Position numbers and translations under genes: made by a program. This document shows positions 13,524-30,639 of a stretch of DNA of 64,000 bases, piece after piece (position 1 is the first letter of the stretch; each line of letters opens with the position of its first letter). The notes beneath the pieces are model-generated. The model had not been told where the DNA came from. It saw only the letters and a list, made by a program, of their open reading frames with translations, and ran no database searches. Source of the DNA: the human T2T-CHM13v2.0 reference genome, Homo sapiens; assembly GCF_009914755.1 (NCBI RefSeq), contig NC_060925.1; one strand, written 5' to 3'.

Positions 13524-14131
13524 CCCTGGAAGTAATTTTAGGTAGCTATGAAAGTTATTGTCGAAGTGTTGGAGTAGAATTTTGGCTTAGTTAAAATAAT
13601 TGAGAACGGGAAGGATGGATGACTTTGACATTAATTTAATTTGATGACTACAATCCATCTATTAAAATGGCATTCCGCTGACTTGTTTTTCTTTTTCCTT
13701 TATCCCTTTGCTCTTCATAATATTCTCAGGACTTTATTGCTCAGTATTGGCTAGAATGAAATTGTATTATCATTCTACATATCAAAGTATTTCATAGTTA
13801 TCCAATGCATCCATTACAACTGAATAGTTAAAATAAATGTGTTCTAGTACTTCCTACTAAAACCTGTACAGCCTCTCTGGAGCCCAACCTTGGCCTTCCT
13901 GACAGATCTGCCCAGGCAGGTGAATACCCAGGAGAACCTGCTCTAGGGAGCCCCTTTCATGCATCTGATAACTCTGTCTCATTAACACTGACGGTGTTGG
14001 TTAGTTGGTCCATAGGAGTTAACATGCAGAATTCACTGTCAATTTTAGTCAGGACAGGACAGGTTATGTGGCAGCAACAACAGCAACAACAACAAAAAAC
14101 CCAAAACTTCAATTGCTTAGCCCCACAAATC

Positions 14132-14487
<356 letters not shown>

Positions 14488-15589
14488 AAATCTTTTATTT
14501 TTGCTTGCACTCTGTTGCTCTGCTCGTCAGCATCACCGGGGGAAGCATGCTGACAAGACCCATCTTGACATCTGCTCACACAATCTCGAAGGCAGCAGTA
14601 AAGGAGAATGTAGCATATTGTGGCTCTTAAAGCTTTCACTCAGGTAGGACTTAGGTCACTTCTGCACACATTTCATCAGTCAAAGTGAGTCACATGGTCA
14701 AACCTAACTTCAAAGGGGGCAGTGACGTGCAGTCTTACTACATTCCTGGAAAGAGAGGAAAGCCAGAGTATTTGTGAATGTCATTAGGGACGTTCTTTTT
14801 CTTTTCTCTTCCTTCTTCCCTCCTTTTTGTATAAACATATATTATTTAATGGAAAACTCCCTGCCGGGATAGGATCACTTGCTGAATAATAAGAGGTGAG
14901 ATACCTCATGCACATTATTACTTTGAAAGGTAATTCCATGCAGTGTTTTCAAGGACTACAGCACAATTTCTGCAAATGTAGCCCAATTCAGAGACCATCT
15001 ATAGTTTATGGAAAATATTAACTTTAGTGACTATAATTACACTGAGCCACATGTCAGTAGTGCCCTGTTTTCCACAGAAACATGAGATATTTTGCAATTT
15101 ATCAACAAGTGTGCTGACCAGATTCCAGTCGAAGGCTTTCTTCCAATCCATGGTGCTTGTCCAGGCATGATCACTTAACCTTAATGCATGGGAGAAGAAG
15201 CTATGTACTTCCTACTGTGCCCCTTGATCTTCAGCTACTGGTTGAGGACTGGGCAATGTGTTACACTGTCACCTTCTGGCAGGGTTACGTGAGGGTTTTC
15301 TATTTGCATTACGGGAATGACGGGAATGACGAGCATGCCTTAGCAATTTGGAGGAGTTAGTTATCTGATACCGTAAAGGACACTGGCTTTGACATAGAAA
15401 GAACTTTGCACAGGCTTGTCGTTCGCCTGGGGATATGTCTACTTATTTTCTGCTTTTAAAATGATTTCCTGTTTTGTTTCACAACTTTGCCACCCATCTA
15501 TTTTTAATTAATCTACCTTGGAATTCCTTCTAGACATTGTTACATGTTGATAAAGAAGGTCATGACTGAAGACAAGTGAAACCATACTT

Positions 15590-15716
15590 TGAGCTGTTTC
15601 TCTAGGAGAACAGAAGTCATGTCTGTCTGGTTTGCCACTGAATCCCTATTGCTTGGCATGGTTCCTGGCACATGGTGCTCAATAAATATTATTGAATAAA
15701 TACATGAATGAATGAC
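15590..15716 (+). mobile_element. L2 3' terminal fragment
   Basis: cctggcacatggtgctcaataaatattattgaataaatacatgaatgaatga. Confidence 0.75.
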
Positions 15717-15975
15717 AGATAGAGAAGACATTATTGACTCACCTGCATGGTAGTTCTCTATCTTTCTCTTGACCAATGGCAAAAAATTGCAAGCTATTGG
15801 ACTGGAATGAGAGATGCAGAGACCTTCACCACAGTAAACTAAGCTAATAAGTCCACAGCTTTGCTTTCCCATTATTTTAGTTGCTAGATTGTTTTCCTCT
15901 CCCACCACACTCTAGTCATGCCCAACTTTCCAGCCAAATGGAACTACTGGCCATTCTCAGAATAGGCATGTTTCT

Positions 15976-16450
15976 TGTTATGGGTTGGATTTTGTCCCCA
16001 CCCCCCCACAAAAAAATATGTTGAAGTCCTGATCCCTGTACCTGAGAATGTGACCTGATGTGGAAATAAGGTCACTGCAAATGTAATTAATTAAGATGAG
16101 GTCATACTGGATTATGGTGGGCCCTAAGAAGGTGCCAATGTATAAGGAGATGTCCTTATAAGGAGGTGGCCATGTGAAGAGAGACACACAGAGAGAACAC
16201 CATGTGACAATGCAAGCAGAGATTGAGGTGGTGCAGCTGCTAGCCAAAGAATGCTAAGGACTGCCAGCGAACCACCAGTAGCCAGAAGAGGCAAGGAAGG
16301 ATTCTCTCCTCCGCGTTTCAGTTTGAGCATGGCCCTGCCAACATCTTGGTTTTGGACTTCTAGCCACTTGAACTGTAAGACAATAAATGTCTCTTGTTTT
16401 AAGCCCCTTAGTCTGTGGTTCTTTGTTACAGCAGCCCTAGAAAACACACA
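15976..16450 (+). mobile_element. MaLR solo LTR (MLT1C/B-like)
   Basis: tgttatgggttg...gaatgtgacc...gatgaggtcatactgga...aataaatgtctcttgttttaagcc...cagcagccctag. Confidence 0.88.
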
Positions 16451-19099
16451 CTGCTCAGGCCTGTATGTTTTGTTTCCTCCATCTGATCCATGCCCCATTG
16501 TCCATCTGAGGACCTCTTTTGTTGTGATGCAATCAAATTCTCTCTTCTTGGGTAAAAATCTCTAAATCCTCTCTAAATTATGATGAGAAAACTGCCTGCA
16601 ATGGCAATTATTCAAGAGTAAAGACAGAGCCATAAGTGGTACAACTGTTCCACTTGGTTCAAAGGAAGGTGTGAGAAGGGGTTTAGGGAGGATTGTGCCA
16701 CAAAGAATGAAGTCATGAGATCAAGATTTTGAGTTATGCATAAAAAGTAGGCCCAGGTTTGAATTCACTTTGAAAAAAAAAGAAAGAGAAAGGTTGGGGA
16801 GAGGGAGACAGAGAACAAAGGAGGGAGGAAGGGAAGGAGAGAGTGAGAAGCCTCCTGGGCATGCCTGTTATTCCTCTCATGGCCTTTTAGTCAATCAATT
16901 AGATAATAAATTATTCATAACCTTCTCCGCTGGCATTCAGGTACCTGTAGTGAGAAATGATGGATGTTCTGGTGACCCATGTAAATTTGCTTGGATTCAG
17001 AACCATTGTCTCAGCCTGTTGCTCAAATTGCTCTCTCTATTCCTAGCATCACGTTGGGCCTGGCTGGAGGAGGGACTGTTAAGTCAATACATACCTCTAC
17101 CGTAATGCCTACCACCAGGGGTTTTAGTCGTCTTTGTTGCAAAACCGATGAGTAGCAATCAAGTCAATGAGAATGAGTTGAAGGGACAAAACAGATACAC
17201 GTATTGTCACACTGTCTTGGGCGGATGGGAAGGAAGAGAAGAGGTGACTTTGCTAGGGGAATGAGCTAGGAGCAAGGTATGTGGTGAACCCACAAGCTGG
17301 ACTGACCCCTCACTCCACAAGGAAGGCTGAACAGGGCAGCCCAGCTGGTTAGTCCTTACAGGCGCCTGTGGTCAGCTGAGCATGGGGCTAGAGAGGAACA
17401 TGCACCCATCACCAGTGGGCAGGGTAAGCATGGGCTTTTGGTATCAGAAAATCAGGCCTCCAAAATATTTGAGCAGGAGGAGCTTTTGACAGTTAAGAAA
17501 GCATTTAAAGGGTCATCATTTAATTTGCTGGGGTTTATATTTATTTTATAATTTATAATGTAAAATGTATAGTTTACATATTTCATCGCTTAGAGGTTTT
17601 AAAGGCTTTAGTCCACCCCTAAGTGTTTGAGGTGGAGGAAAGCTGGGACTCTGTCCAAACGGGTGCTGGAGTTCGAGCCAGAGAAATGAGTTCCTAATAT
17701 GAAGGACAGAAGCTGACATGTGGAATCAGAAGTAGGGAGGAGGATGGGTAGGAAAGCAGAGGTCACTGATGGGAAAGCTGAGAATGACTAATGACTGGCA
17801 GAGTGAGCAAGTGGGAGAGGGTCTGGAGAGATTCTAAAGACTTAGGACAGAGGCCTGCAAAGGCTTTCCAGCCACGTGTGAGGGTGGACTGGGTTCATTG
17901 AAAGAGGTAGGAAAAAATGAGTGACAGCATTTCACTCCTGCCCTTAGCAGAGCTGCTTACCTTCCAGAAGACATCGCAGGCAGAGCAAGGAGACTCAACA
18001 GTACCACATGATGAGGTGAGAGCCTGAGAATAGCAAGGCCCTGCTCCTGCCTGTATTATGAGGGTGGGCCCTGCCCCCAGCCCCAGGCAAAGGAAGCCCA
18101 TATGTGCAAGGGCACTGCCCTAGAGGGAAGTCAATCATGAGGGTAGTGGCCACAGTGGCTGGTTCATCATCTGAGGGGCTTTGTGAATTATTTCATTGGT
18201 AGGTGCTGGAGCAGCCAGTCAAGGAAGGGTCACTGCTGCCCTGGACACAACACAACAGCAGTTGTGAGCCATCTTAGAAATCCTTCCTCATTTGGAGCCA
18301 AATCATTGTTGTGCTATTATTAATTTGCCTCCTTGCTTAGACCTGAGGCTGGCCACCTGGGGAAACACTCCTGTCACAGACAGGAGAAGTATGAGTGCAT
18401 GGAGCAACATCTGACACTTGGCGATGCTGGCCTCGTAAACTGGACAGGTACAGACTAATTAGAACGTGCTAGAGCTACTCCAGGTGAGCCACCTAACTTA
18501 CTCAGTAAGGGATAAACTGCTGTTAGGCAAAGGACCTGAGAAAGGCTTCTTACCAACTTTCAGCTCTGGGTTGATTCGTTCAACAACTAATGGTATTTCC
18601 TGATTTCTTCTTCCTGTTTCAGTTACGAATGTAATTGTAACCTGGATGTTACCAAGTCCAGTTTGCTTCTGAGGCCTCCTGCCTTTGCTATTCATTGTGG
18701 AAACACCGTTGCCCTTTAATGCATCCATCACCTCTGGCTCTGGAATCCTGCTTCCTGCTCAATCCTTGCTGCTTGCTCTTTCCTCCCTCTCGAGGTAGCC
18801 AAAGCAGACACAGCCTGTCTCCTCTCTGTTGCAGAGCACCACTAACACAGAGCAGTTGCATGAAACAGATTTTTCTGAAGATGTCATAACTAATGAGAAC
18901 AGACAGAGCTATTATAGCCTGGGGTAGGAAATAATTTCAAATACAACATCAGAGATGATTGTTTCTAGAAATGCATTGGCCATTCCCTCCATGAGGAATT
19001 TCTTTCTATCTGTGTCCCTCCTTGGCACCCCCAGGCACTCCAATGCCAGAATTGCCTAAAAAGAGATCAAGAAATATCCTTCCGTATGGATGGAACTAC

Positions 19100-19290
19100 C
19101 ATGTATTACATGCCAGGGACTGACTGCACTAACAGTCTGATTCTCTCACTTAATCCTCTCAGCAGTGTTCTGTGGTATACATTCCTATTTTACAGATGAG
19201 GAAACTGAGTCTCAGAGATGGTAACCTGGCCAGGAACCCACTGCTGAGATTTGCATCCAGTTCCTTCTACCCCACACCCATGCTCCTCAC
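19100..19290 (-). mobile_element. MIR
   Basis: Core cctattttacagatgaggaaactgag. Confidence 0.75.
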
Positions 19291-20914
19291 TGCAACACTT
19301 GCTGTCTCCCTGTGTAGTCCTAGTCTTCGCATACCCTCAGGTCATCAGAATTTAAATCTATTACTTTACCCCTTAACTCAGCAAAGCTTTCTGTAGAGTC
19401 AGGTAAAATTTTTCCCTAACATTTTCTTCCATGCAATTGAATCCCTTCTCCAAGAGCTCCCTTGCAAAAATGGCCCTCCCTCTCCCGAGATAAGTTTCAT
19501 ATTCACTCTGATCTCCTTTGCGCTGAAGTGTTTCTCCTCACTTACACTTCTAGATAACTTTCTGCTGTCTCTGCTTCCCCCACTGCCCTTTTCGCTGCTT
19601 TGTCAGCTCCTCTAAGGAAAGAGCCTCATTTAATGCCAGGAACTAGGATCCATTTGCCTCCCTCCCCTCTTGAAGCAAGGGAATCAATCCCCATAGATAA
19701 GGCAACAGGACGGTGGACTCTGCACTGAATTTCTCAGGTGCCTTTTTCAGTGGTGTGGGAGAGAAGGGGGACCCCTCCCAACCCGAAGCCATATTTTCTT
19801 CCTGAGCTTGGCACTCCATTAAGCCAGGACTTTCAGCCCACCTGAATCCTCATAATTCTTAACTATGTCCTTGCCCCTGGTTGGGATAACAGCCACAGAT
19901 AAAAGGGAGCGGACATTCAAATGGAGTTATAAAGTACACACCGTGGTTCTCCTCCCTGACCTTGCTCTATACACTGTCACAAAACAAATCCACAGTCCCA
20001 CAGAGACCTTAACCCAGAGGATGGTGAGAAGCAACCCAAACTAATATATAGCCCTGTCTCTAAGTACCAAGAGATGACAATGACAGCAGTTGGTTACATG
20101 AAGGCATGAACCAATCAATGGGTTTTTTGAGAACCAATTTGGTAGGAGGCATGCTATCAGAGACGTTAAAAAAAAAAAAAGAAAGAAAGGCTGAAAGATA
20201 AGCTGCACTGATGGAATTTACAGCCTGTTTCCAAAGATAGGATAGAAAAGAATAATTATCCGTTCCGGAGATGATATGCCAAGTTATAAATGTGTTAGGT
20301 AGACAGCAAGGGCTCCGGGAGTTCAGAGAGGGGAGGCAGCACTGACCTGGGAAAGGACAAGGAGACTTTCACTGAGAAGAGATAAGGCTTGTGCATAGAC
20401 TTCTTCAGTAGGCCAGAGGGGGAAGGACATACAGAGTCTGGTGTGGAGAATGGCATGAGCAAAGGTGCGGGGGCAGGAATGTGAATGGTGTATTCAAGGG
20501 ACAATGACTCATTCACTTGGCTTTCTTTACAGCTGCCACATAATAGTGGACACATAACTGATTATTATTATTTTCTGTTTTTAAAGACCTCAAGAATAAA
20601 GCAAGAGACTCAGACTCTCAATTTAGTGCTCAGTGACCCCAGTGCTCAGTGACCCTGAGGAGGTCAAGGTGAATCCGAGCCCTGTCAAAATTCTCACCCT
20701 CATTTGCTGGAAACTCCATTGATTTAATGCTGTGGTTCAGGAGTCTAATCTTTGGAAAACCTAAAAAATAACCTGGTCAAATCTTAATTACTAAGCATAG
20801 CATCATTTATGATTTTGACTTTGTCAGAATTGGTCACTAACTTTCCCCGTTTTAAAACACTTCAGAGCTATTTGGAGCCAGGAAATATCTCTACGAGGAG
20901 GCTAATCCTGTTAG

Positions 20915-21568
<654 letters not shown>

Positions 21569-22284
21569 TAGACTGCTGTTGCAGATGAGCGCCGTCCTCT
21601 GTCTCTGAGTTCCAGGGTTTGTGTTCATGGAGGTGTCTTGTATGGTAGTTCCCCAGCACTGAGGCAGTCTCACCTCCATGACAGAAGCAGGAAGATTGTT
21701 TTGCTTTTCTGATATTTTCTATGGAAGATGCTTTTGTTTTCCAGTGTTTTCTATTGAGGAATACTAGCTACCTCTAACTCAAAACATACAGGAAGCTCTC
21801 TATACTTATCATATTTTAAAAATGTTTTTTAACCAAACTAGCTTTCCTAAATGGTTACTATACATTTCCAGTGTATTTCGAAAGGAAATTAATTCTCACT
21901 TCATGACTTCAGCAAAATAAAAAGCAAAACAAACACTAGAGTACTAAAGGAACAACTACTCGAGACATCGTGTTCTCTTAGTCACAGGCACATAGGAGGG
22001 AAAATTCAACTAAGCCTCATTTGGATGTATTAAAATAGCCTTTTTCCTAGCTCAGAATCACATTTCAAAGGGTGCCTAGGTGCAAAGCTAAGCCAAGTAT
22101 AACCTAGCCACAAAGTAGTGCCAAGGGTAATACACTGTTTTCCGTTTTGTTTTAAGCAATGAAACACAGCAGGGAGCTGAGAACATGCACAGAACCAGGA
22201 GCAAGCAAACCCGAGCTGCAGGGAGCTGGGTGTCCTTGGCCAACTCACCCAACCTCTCTGAGCATCTTCATTTAGAAAATGAGC

Positions 22285-22531
22285 GGCTGGGCATAGGGGC
22301 TCACGCCTGTAATCCCAGCACTATGGGAGGTCGAGGCAGGCGGATCGTTTGAGACCAGCCTGGGCAACACAGAGAGACCTCATCTCTACAAAAAATTTTA
22401 AAAAATAAAAAATTAACTGGACGTGGTGGTGTGTACCTGTAGTCTCAGCTACTCGGGAGGCTGAGGTGGGAGGATCACTTGAGCCCACAAATTTGAAGCT
22501 ACAGTGAGCTAAGATTTGTGCTCTAGCCTGC
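22285..22531 (+). mobile_element. AluJ-type inserted in a MIR (MIR ~22190-22284 and 22540-22590)
   Basis: Alu body flanked by MIR core pieces. Confidence 0.85.
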
Positions 22532-23814
22532 CTTAACACATAATGACCAAGTGAGAAAATGTATACAAAAGCACTTTGTAAATGACAGGTTTTTCTACAA
22601 CACAAAGGAATCATAGAGGTGGCTATTTGGGGGAAAATGAGGTATGTGCAAAGCTTCCTTTTAAAAGGTGACTTTTATGTCTAGCATTTTTGTGTGATTT
22701 AAGTTCAGCAATTAGAGGATCATTATTTAATACCCTAAGAAAATACTGTTATATTGTGTCTTCCAAATGAACTATTTCTGTTTTTACTGTCACTTGGAAT
22801 GTTCTCCATGAAAGAAAAGTATTTAAAGGAAAAATTACCTGGAAGATAATGGGTGAGATTTTTATAAGTGCCTTCTGTATGGGGACAAAGGGCTTTTTCT
22901 GCTACACCTCCTGAACAGTTTGATTTATTTGACAATATAATACATTTTTTCAAATAAGATGAGGAAATAGGTGTTCCAGCAAGTGATATGGGGGTGGCAG
23001 AGCGGGGAGGTGTTAAGGGGAGGGTGTCAGGGAGGGAGGAGAAAAGAATATTGGGAAGAGCTGACCAGGAGAAGTCTCAGGCAACCATACTGAGTATCTT
23101 CAGAATTGTAGTCGGGTACACAAGGACCCTCCCAGGTGAATACAGCATTTTGCCAAGTCTCCATCATCCTGTGAAGGTGTCTGGGCTTCGGCCGGCCCAG
23201 AGGACTGAGGGAGACTGGCCCGACCTCTCCCTACTGCTATGCTCTTTTTTGAAGGCTAATCAATAAAATGTCACGGAGCACTTTTCTAAGAAGGCCATGA
23301 TCTGATATTCAGGCAAAGAGAGAACCCTTCAAGGCAAAGTCGATATGACAATCTCCCAATAACTGGCTTTGCTGCCTAAAGCATGAAGCACCCTAAATCC
23401 CAATCGCTCAGTCCCTACTTAGAGCTTATCCTCAAAGAGCTGGATTTCTAACTCATTTTCATTAAGGCAAAATCATTAACAATAGTTGATCTTAATACGT
23501 TGGCAACTGTGACCTCAATCTTACTAAATGGAATATTATTTCTTAGCTACTATTCAATATTACTTAACAAATGCCTTTGTCCATTTGCAGGAAACTCAGG
23601 TTTCCTGACCGCCAGTCCTGACCACTCCCTACCAGCAAGCCTCCTCTTCACATAGTTGTGGGACCGCATTTGCTGCACTCCTAACAAGCCAAGAGACAAA
23701 GCAATCCCGGAAATTCCCTTTTGACTCTGTACTGTAAGGAAATGCCATGTAGCAATAGCAGGAGGGCAGAGTTTAATCAAAGCACCACTTTCTCTACTCA
23801 TTGCCCACGTTTAG

Positions 23815-24695
<881 letters not shown>

Positions 24696-25379
24696 AACAT
24701 TTTTATAGTATTCAGAAAAATCGACATTTAAAAAGTCAATACTCAATACTCAAATACTACTAGAAGAATGTATATTGGTACCACTGCTCTAGTGGGAAAT
24801 CTGGCAACATGAACCAAAAGTCATAAAAGGTTCATAACTTTCTCTACTGAAATATTATACTGAAGAAATATGCATTATAAGTTTAATAGGTTAAAAACTG
24901 GAAACAATCTAAATGTTCAACAACACAGCATTAAGTGATTCCATAGTCATCAGTCAAATGTATGCAGAAATTAAACATCATGTTTTTTCAAAGAACAAAT
25001 TTCACAGTATTCACACAATATTGTTGAGTGAAAAAAGCTGCTTATAAAACTGTAAGTACGAAGTGGTTTTGTTTAAGATATATACATATATCTCCATATT
25101 TAAGGGTTGTCACATATCAAACAATTACAATGGGTATGTCTGTGCTTTCTGAAATATCCAAATTTTATATTGCATTCAAGTATCACTTTCTGATTAGGAA
25201 TAAACGCAACTAATTTCATTTTTTAAAAGGGAGATATGAAGGTCAAACACTCTATGAAAGAACTTTTGATTTAAACATTTATATAGAGGATGTCTTTGAC
25301 ATTCCAATTTTCCTCAGCTTGACCAAGAATGATAATATCATGTTTCAAATATTAAGAATAAAAATTATTATTATTACTA

Positions 25380-25645
25380 TAGTTACAATTTATTGAGTAC
25401 TTATTCTGTGCCAGGTAGTGTGTTAAGAAGTATGTATGTATGTGTGTATGTGTGTGTGTATATATGTACATATGTATATATTATTGGATTTAATCCTCAC
25501 AACAACCCTGAGCTAGAAATTATTATTATTCCCAGTTTACAGATGAAGAAATTGAGACAGTATGTGGCTACCTACTAAGTGGTGGGGCTGGCATTTGAAC
25601 TCTGGCAGTCTGGCTCCAAAGCCCACACTCTTCACAGCTACCCAT
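25380..25645 (-). mobile_element. MIR
   Basis: atttattgagtacttattctgtgccagg...cccagtttacagatgaagaaattgagac...atttgaactctggcagtctggctccaaagccc. Confidence 0.8.
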
Positions 25646-27766
25646 ACATACTCCTTCCTTTACAGGGAGAACCGGGAAGGCATATCCAATTCATGAACTT
25701 ACTCAAACCAGGTTTGTTGAGTAAAAAGAGGGGTATTAGTCTTGTTAAATAGGAGACTGTGGAATCTGATAGGAATTACCTGGGATTTTGCTCTCAGGGC
25801 TACTGAAGACACCACTCTCTGGCTTCCCAGCCCATGCAACTAGAGACAGAACAGGGGGTCGAATCTAAGAAATTGCCCTGAGTTTGCGTGATTCTGCCAG
25901 CCACTTCATGATGCCTCTCCGGGTGTCTGCCCAAGTCCCATTTCCTGACAGAGTTAGGAGGGAAGAGTAGATGTTCTCCACTGTGAATCTGTCTGGTCTC
26001 CTGATATCTTCACTACAATTGGCAAGCACCCTTCTCAGCCACAAGGCTCTCCCAAAGCCCTGGTGCATCTACTGCATTTCTAAGTATTCAGGATATATAT
26101 GCTACCCACTTTCCCAACTCCTAACTCCAGTTTTCCTCCCATCAGATACGCTGCTTAACTGTTACCAACCCAGTTCACATCTCAGCATCTCAGAAATTGA
26201 TTGCATTGTCTGGTGAAGCATAGGAAATTTGTTCTCGAGGATAAGGGTCACTGTAAGAAAATATTAATGTTTCAAATGAGAAGCTAAAGAATCACACATA
26301 TTTCCAAAGGAGGAAGTCCTAATGGTTTTCTGAATGCACAAATGACAGCTTGTGAGAAGCATTTAAAGAGCTTTTCTGCTAACTCTAAAGGCCCAAGGTT
26401 TGTTTTCTCTGAGGTTTCTTAATGGAGTCTAAACATTTCATTGTGTTCACCGGAGCAGCGAATTGAATATAAAGTGGCAGGCCTTAAAAGGGAAGCCAGT
26501 GAGTCGGAGCATCATTTGCGTGAAATATATTATTATTGCCTGTTTTTTTTGATGGCATTTAAATGCTCTTATGAGAAATGAGTATGACCTCTTCTTAGAT
26601 TGTTTCCTTTTTTCATTATAGTCACCCTGGCGGGGTCATCCCTCCCCACCGCTTTCAAGGCATCATGCCCAAGTCGCCACTTGGGGGCAGTCTAATGCCT
26701 CTGTCCCTTCCCATCGCCATTTTCCCGCCTGCCTTCTCTCTTAGGTGTTTGACCTGGTTTCTGGTCTCTCTTATAATAGAATGGTCATTACCAATCTCTG
26801 CAGTTTATTTAAAAAGAAGCAAAGGGTGGCATTCTTAACATATGGAAAAATGCTACATTGCACTCATACCGTTTTTCAAGGAGTATTCAGGAGTACTATC
26901 TCTTAGAAGGATGTAGGCAGGGCAGCCATGGTGATCACCTGTTTCAGAACAGACACCTTGGCTTGGGAAGGTTAAATCAATGTTTAAACCTCAAATGGCT
27001 CTGAAGGGGCAGGCTTTCTGATTCTTTGGTCAGTGCTCTTTCCTCCAATCATGCCGAAATAAAATCCAGCTTTTATTTTGCAGGAAGATCATTGTTTAAT
27101 GAAGACAGCCAAACAACAAATAGCAGTACAAATAATTCAATAGAAAAAGGAAATCACAGAATCACATTATTTTCCTGTGTGTGCTCATAAAATGGTTTTA
27201 ACTCAGGGAAGAAAAAAAATCACAATTCCCTTTCAAAGTTTAATAAAAATTCACTTAAACACGGGAATAAACAGCTTGCCCAGATCCTTTCCCCACCCTT
27301 CCATGCTCACCAGGCAATTTAATTAATGGGCAAACAGCCCGATGGTAGATTTTTCTGATACAGTGTCATGAACGAGTGAGATCCATCTTTGCACATGTTG
27401 GCACATCACTCTGGCTGCATTACAGAAACAGAACTGAGTCGTATGGTTCCTAGAAAGTAATTATTTGGCAGGGTTCTACCCCTGGGTGAATCCGCACAGA
27501 AAAAGTACTCAGGTGGCCCTCACTGGTGCCAGGGCCTGGGGTGGATGGCAGAGGGTGTGCATTGAATACGCGTGTAATGGTTTGAGTTCCTGAGGTGGGG
27601 AGGGAGAACACAGCAAGGGAATACAAACCCATAAGAACAGGGCTGTAAATCATGCCTACTTCCTCTGTTCCTGTAATTTATTCATTTAGCCATCAAATAT
27701 GCATGGACTATTATATGCTCAGCACTGAGCAAAGGGTTTTGCATAAGTGAGCACAAGAAATGAACC

Positions 27767-28056
27767 TTTTTTTTTTTTTTGAGACAGGGTCTTGCTCTGT
27801 TGCCCAGGTTGGAGTGCAGTGGTACTGCTCACTGCAGCCTCAACCTCCTGAGCTCAAGTGACCCTCCCACCTCAGCCTCCCAAGTACCTGGGACTATAAG
27901 CATGCACCGACATGCCTGGATAATTTTTGTATATTTTTGTAGAGACAGGGTTTTGCCATGTTGCCCAGGCTGGTCTCGAACTCTTGAGCTCAAGCAGTAC
28001 TCCTGCCTTGGCCTTCCATAGTGTGGGATTACAGGTGTGAGCCACTGTGCCCAGCC
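27767..28056 (-). mobile_element. AluJ-type
   Basis: Full dimer; approximate TSD aaga(a/g)atgaac. Confidence 0.9.
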
Positions 28057-28078
28057 AAGAGATGAACTTTTAAAGGAT

Positions 28079-29003
<925 letters not shown>

Positions 29004-29026
29004 GGATTAAAAAACATAAAAAGGTT

Positions 29027-29291
29027 CAGCACTTTGGGAGGCCAAGGCAGGCAGATCACTTGGGCTCAGGAGTTTGAGACCAGCCTGGGCAACATGGTGA
29101 AACTCCATCCCGTCTCTATATACAAAAATGATCTAGGCATGGTTGCACATGCTTGTAGATCCAGCTACCTGGGAGGCTGAGGTAGGAGGATTGCTTGAGC
29201 CCAGGAGGCAGAGGTTGTAGTAAGCCAAGATCATGCCACTGCACTCCAATCTTTGAGCGAGACCCTGTCTCAAAAAAAAAAAAAAAAAAAA
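29027..29291 (+). mobile_element. AluJ-type, slightly 5' truncated
   Basis: Starts cagcactttgggagg; A-tail. Confidence 0.88.
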
Positions 29292-30639
29292 GTTCATACT
29301 TTTGATCAGCTTTCATTTCAAATGAGGAAGTAGTTTTCAAAGTTATTTTAAAAATATTTGTTGAGCTTCTACTCTGTGCATTGGTGATGTCTGAAAAGCC
29401 CCAAGGCTCCAAACTGAAATATTGATATATTACAGTGAAGAGAAGCAGCTGCTTTTAAACCCCATTTTATTGACATGATCAAGGTTATACAGAAGTGCTG
29501 ATGAGATGGGAGGGGTGAAGCAAGTACTGCTTTTAAAACTGCTCCCAAGATTACACTCAGTATTAAAGTTACAATCAATTAGAGAACCGTTCAAGGAATT
29601 TGCCAGAAGCCTTTCCAGGATTCTAAACCTGAGTAGGCAGAAGAGCCAGATTTTTGGCTAATTAGGCATTTGCCCTGTTCCTAACACCAAGACTTGCTCT
29701 GAGAGACGCCCCACTACCTCCGTTTCAATTTCTCCACAAAGGTTGAGGTCAAATATCAGCCTCTAGAACAGTCAGCGTTGTATAATCTGGTTAACAGAAA
29801 TGCCCTAAGCACTGTGGTCCACAATGGACAGGATTCCATGCCCCCGTCCACTTCTAGCAAATGGAAGGAGCATACCTGCGATCTTACATCCTGCACACAC
29901 CGATAGTACATCAGCCTCTTACTGCAGACAGGAGCTGGTCAGATTCTCAGCCAGTGTTTGGTGTGTCCCTTGCTACCTTCCGTCCCTCTGAGCTTGGTCC
30001 TCTGGGTGCTGCATCAAGTGTTTGTGTCTTGGCTGCTTCTATCCATTATTTCTCCAGGCATGGGAACTGTTCTGTGATGCAGATACGGGTCAATGCACCA
30101 TCATGCAGTGATTATGACAGGAAACTGGAGGAGCAACAGCCGCAGCCACCAGAGGAGGAAGGGACCAGGCTTCCATTGCTACCTGACAACACCAGCATTG
30201 CCAAGCAGCTTTACATGCAACCGCAAACCCAGATGTCCAGCTTGATGCAAAAGCTGCCACAAAAGCACTCCACAAAATAAAGTCTGCACAGAGAGCAAAA
30301 CATACCTTGGTTTCCCTCGTCCCCAGCTTTGATTTTAAGCAAGCCATTTATACTTTTTGGACCTTATTTTTCTGATTCTTGAAACAAAAGGGTAGGACCA
30401 ATGACTTCTGATGTCCTTTTCAGCTCTAACTTTTTATGATTCTGTGTATGTAAAAGCCAAAGGAGAAAAAATATCTTGCAGGAGTTATTGACTCACTGCC
30501 CTGTAGCAGAATCAAGAGAATCAGTATTAATATTTTTCAGGCAATTAGCACAGGGTTAGCATAACAATTAGCGGTTGGTGTACACAGAAGAGTCTCAGAC
30601 TGTGAATCAAAAGACATGAGTTCCATGCCATCAAGGAGG

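Noticed and set aside
29861-30280. 139-aa ORF with a Q/E/P-rich C-terminus
   Set aside because: No recognisable homology or supporting gene structure; kept only as a possible non-coding terminal exon
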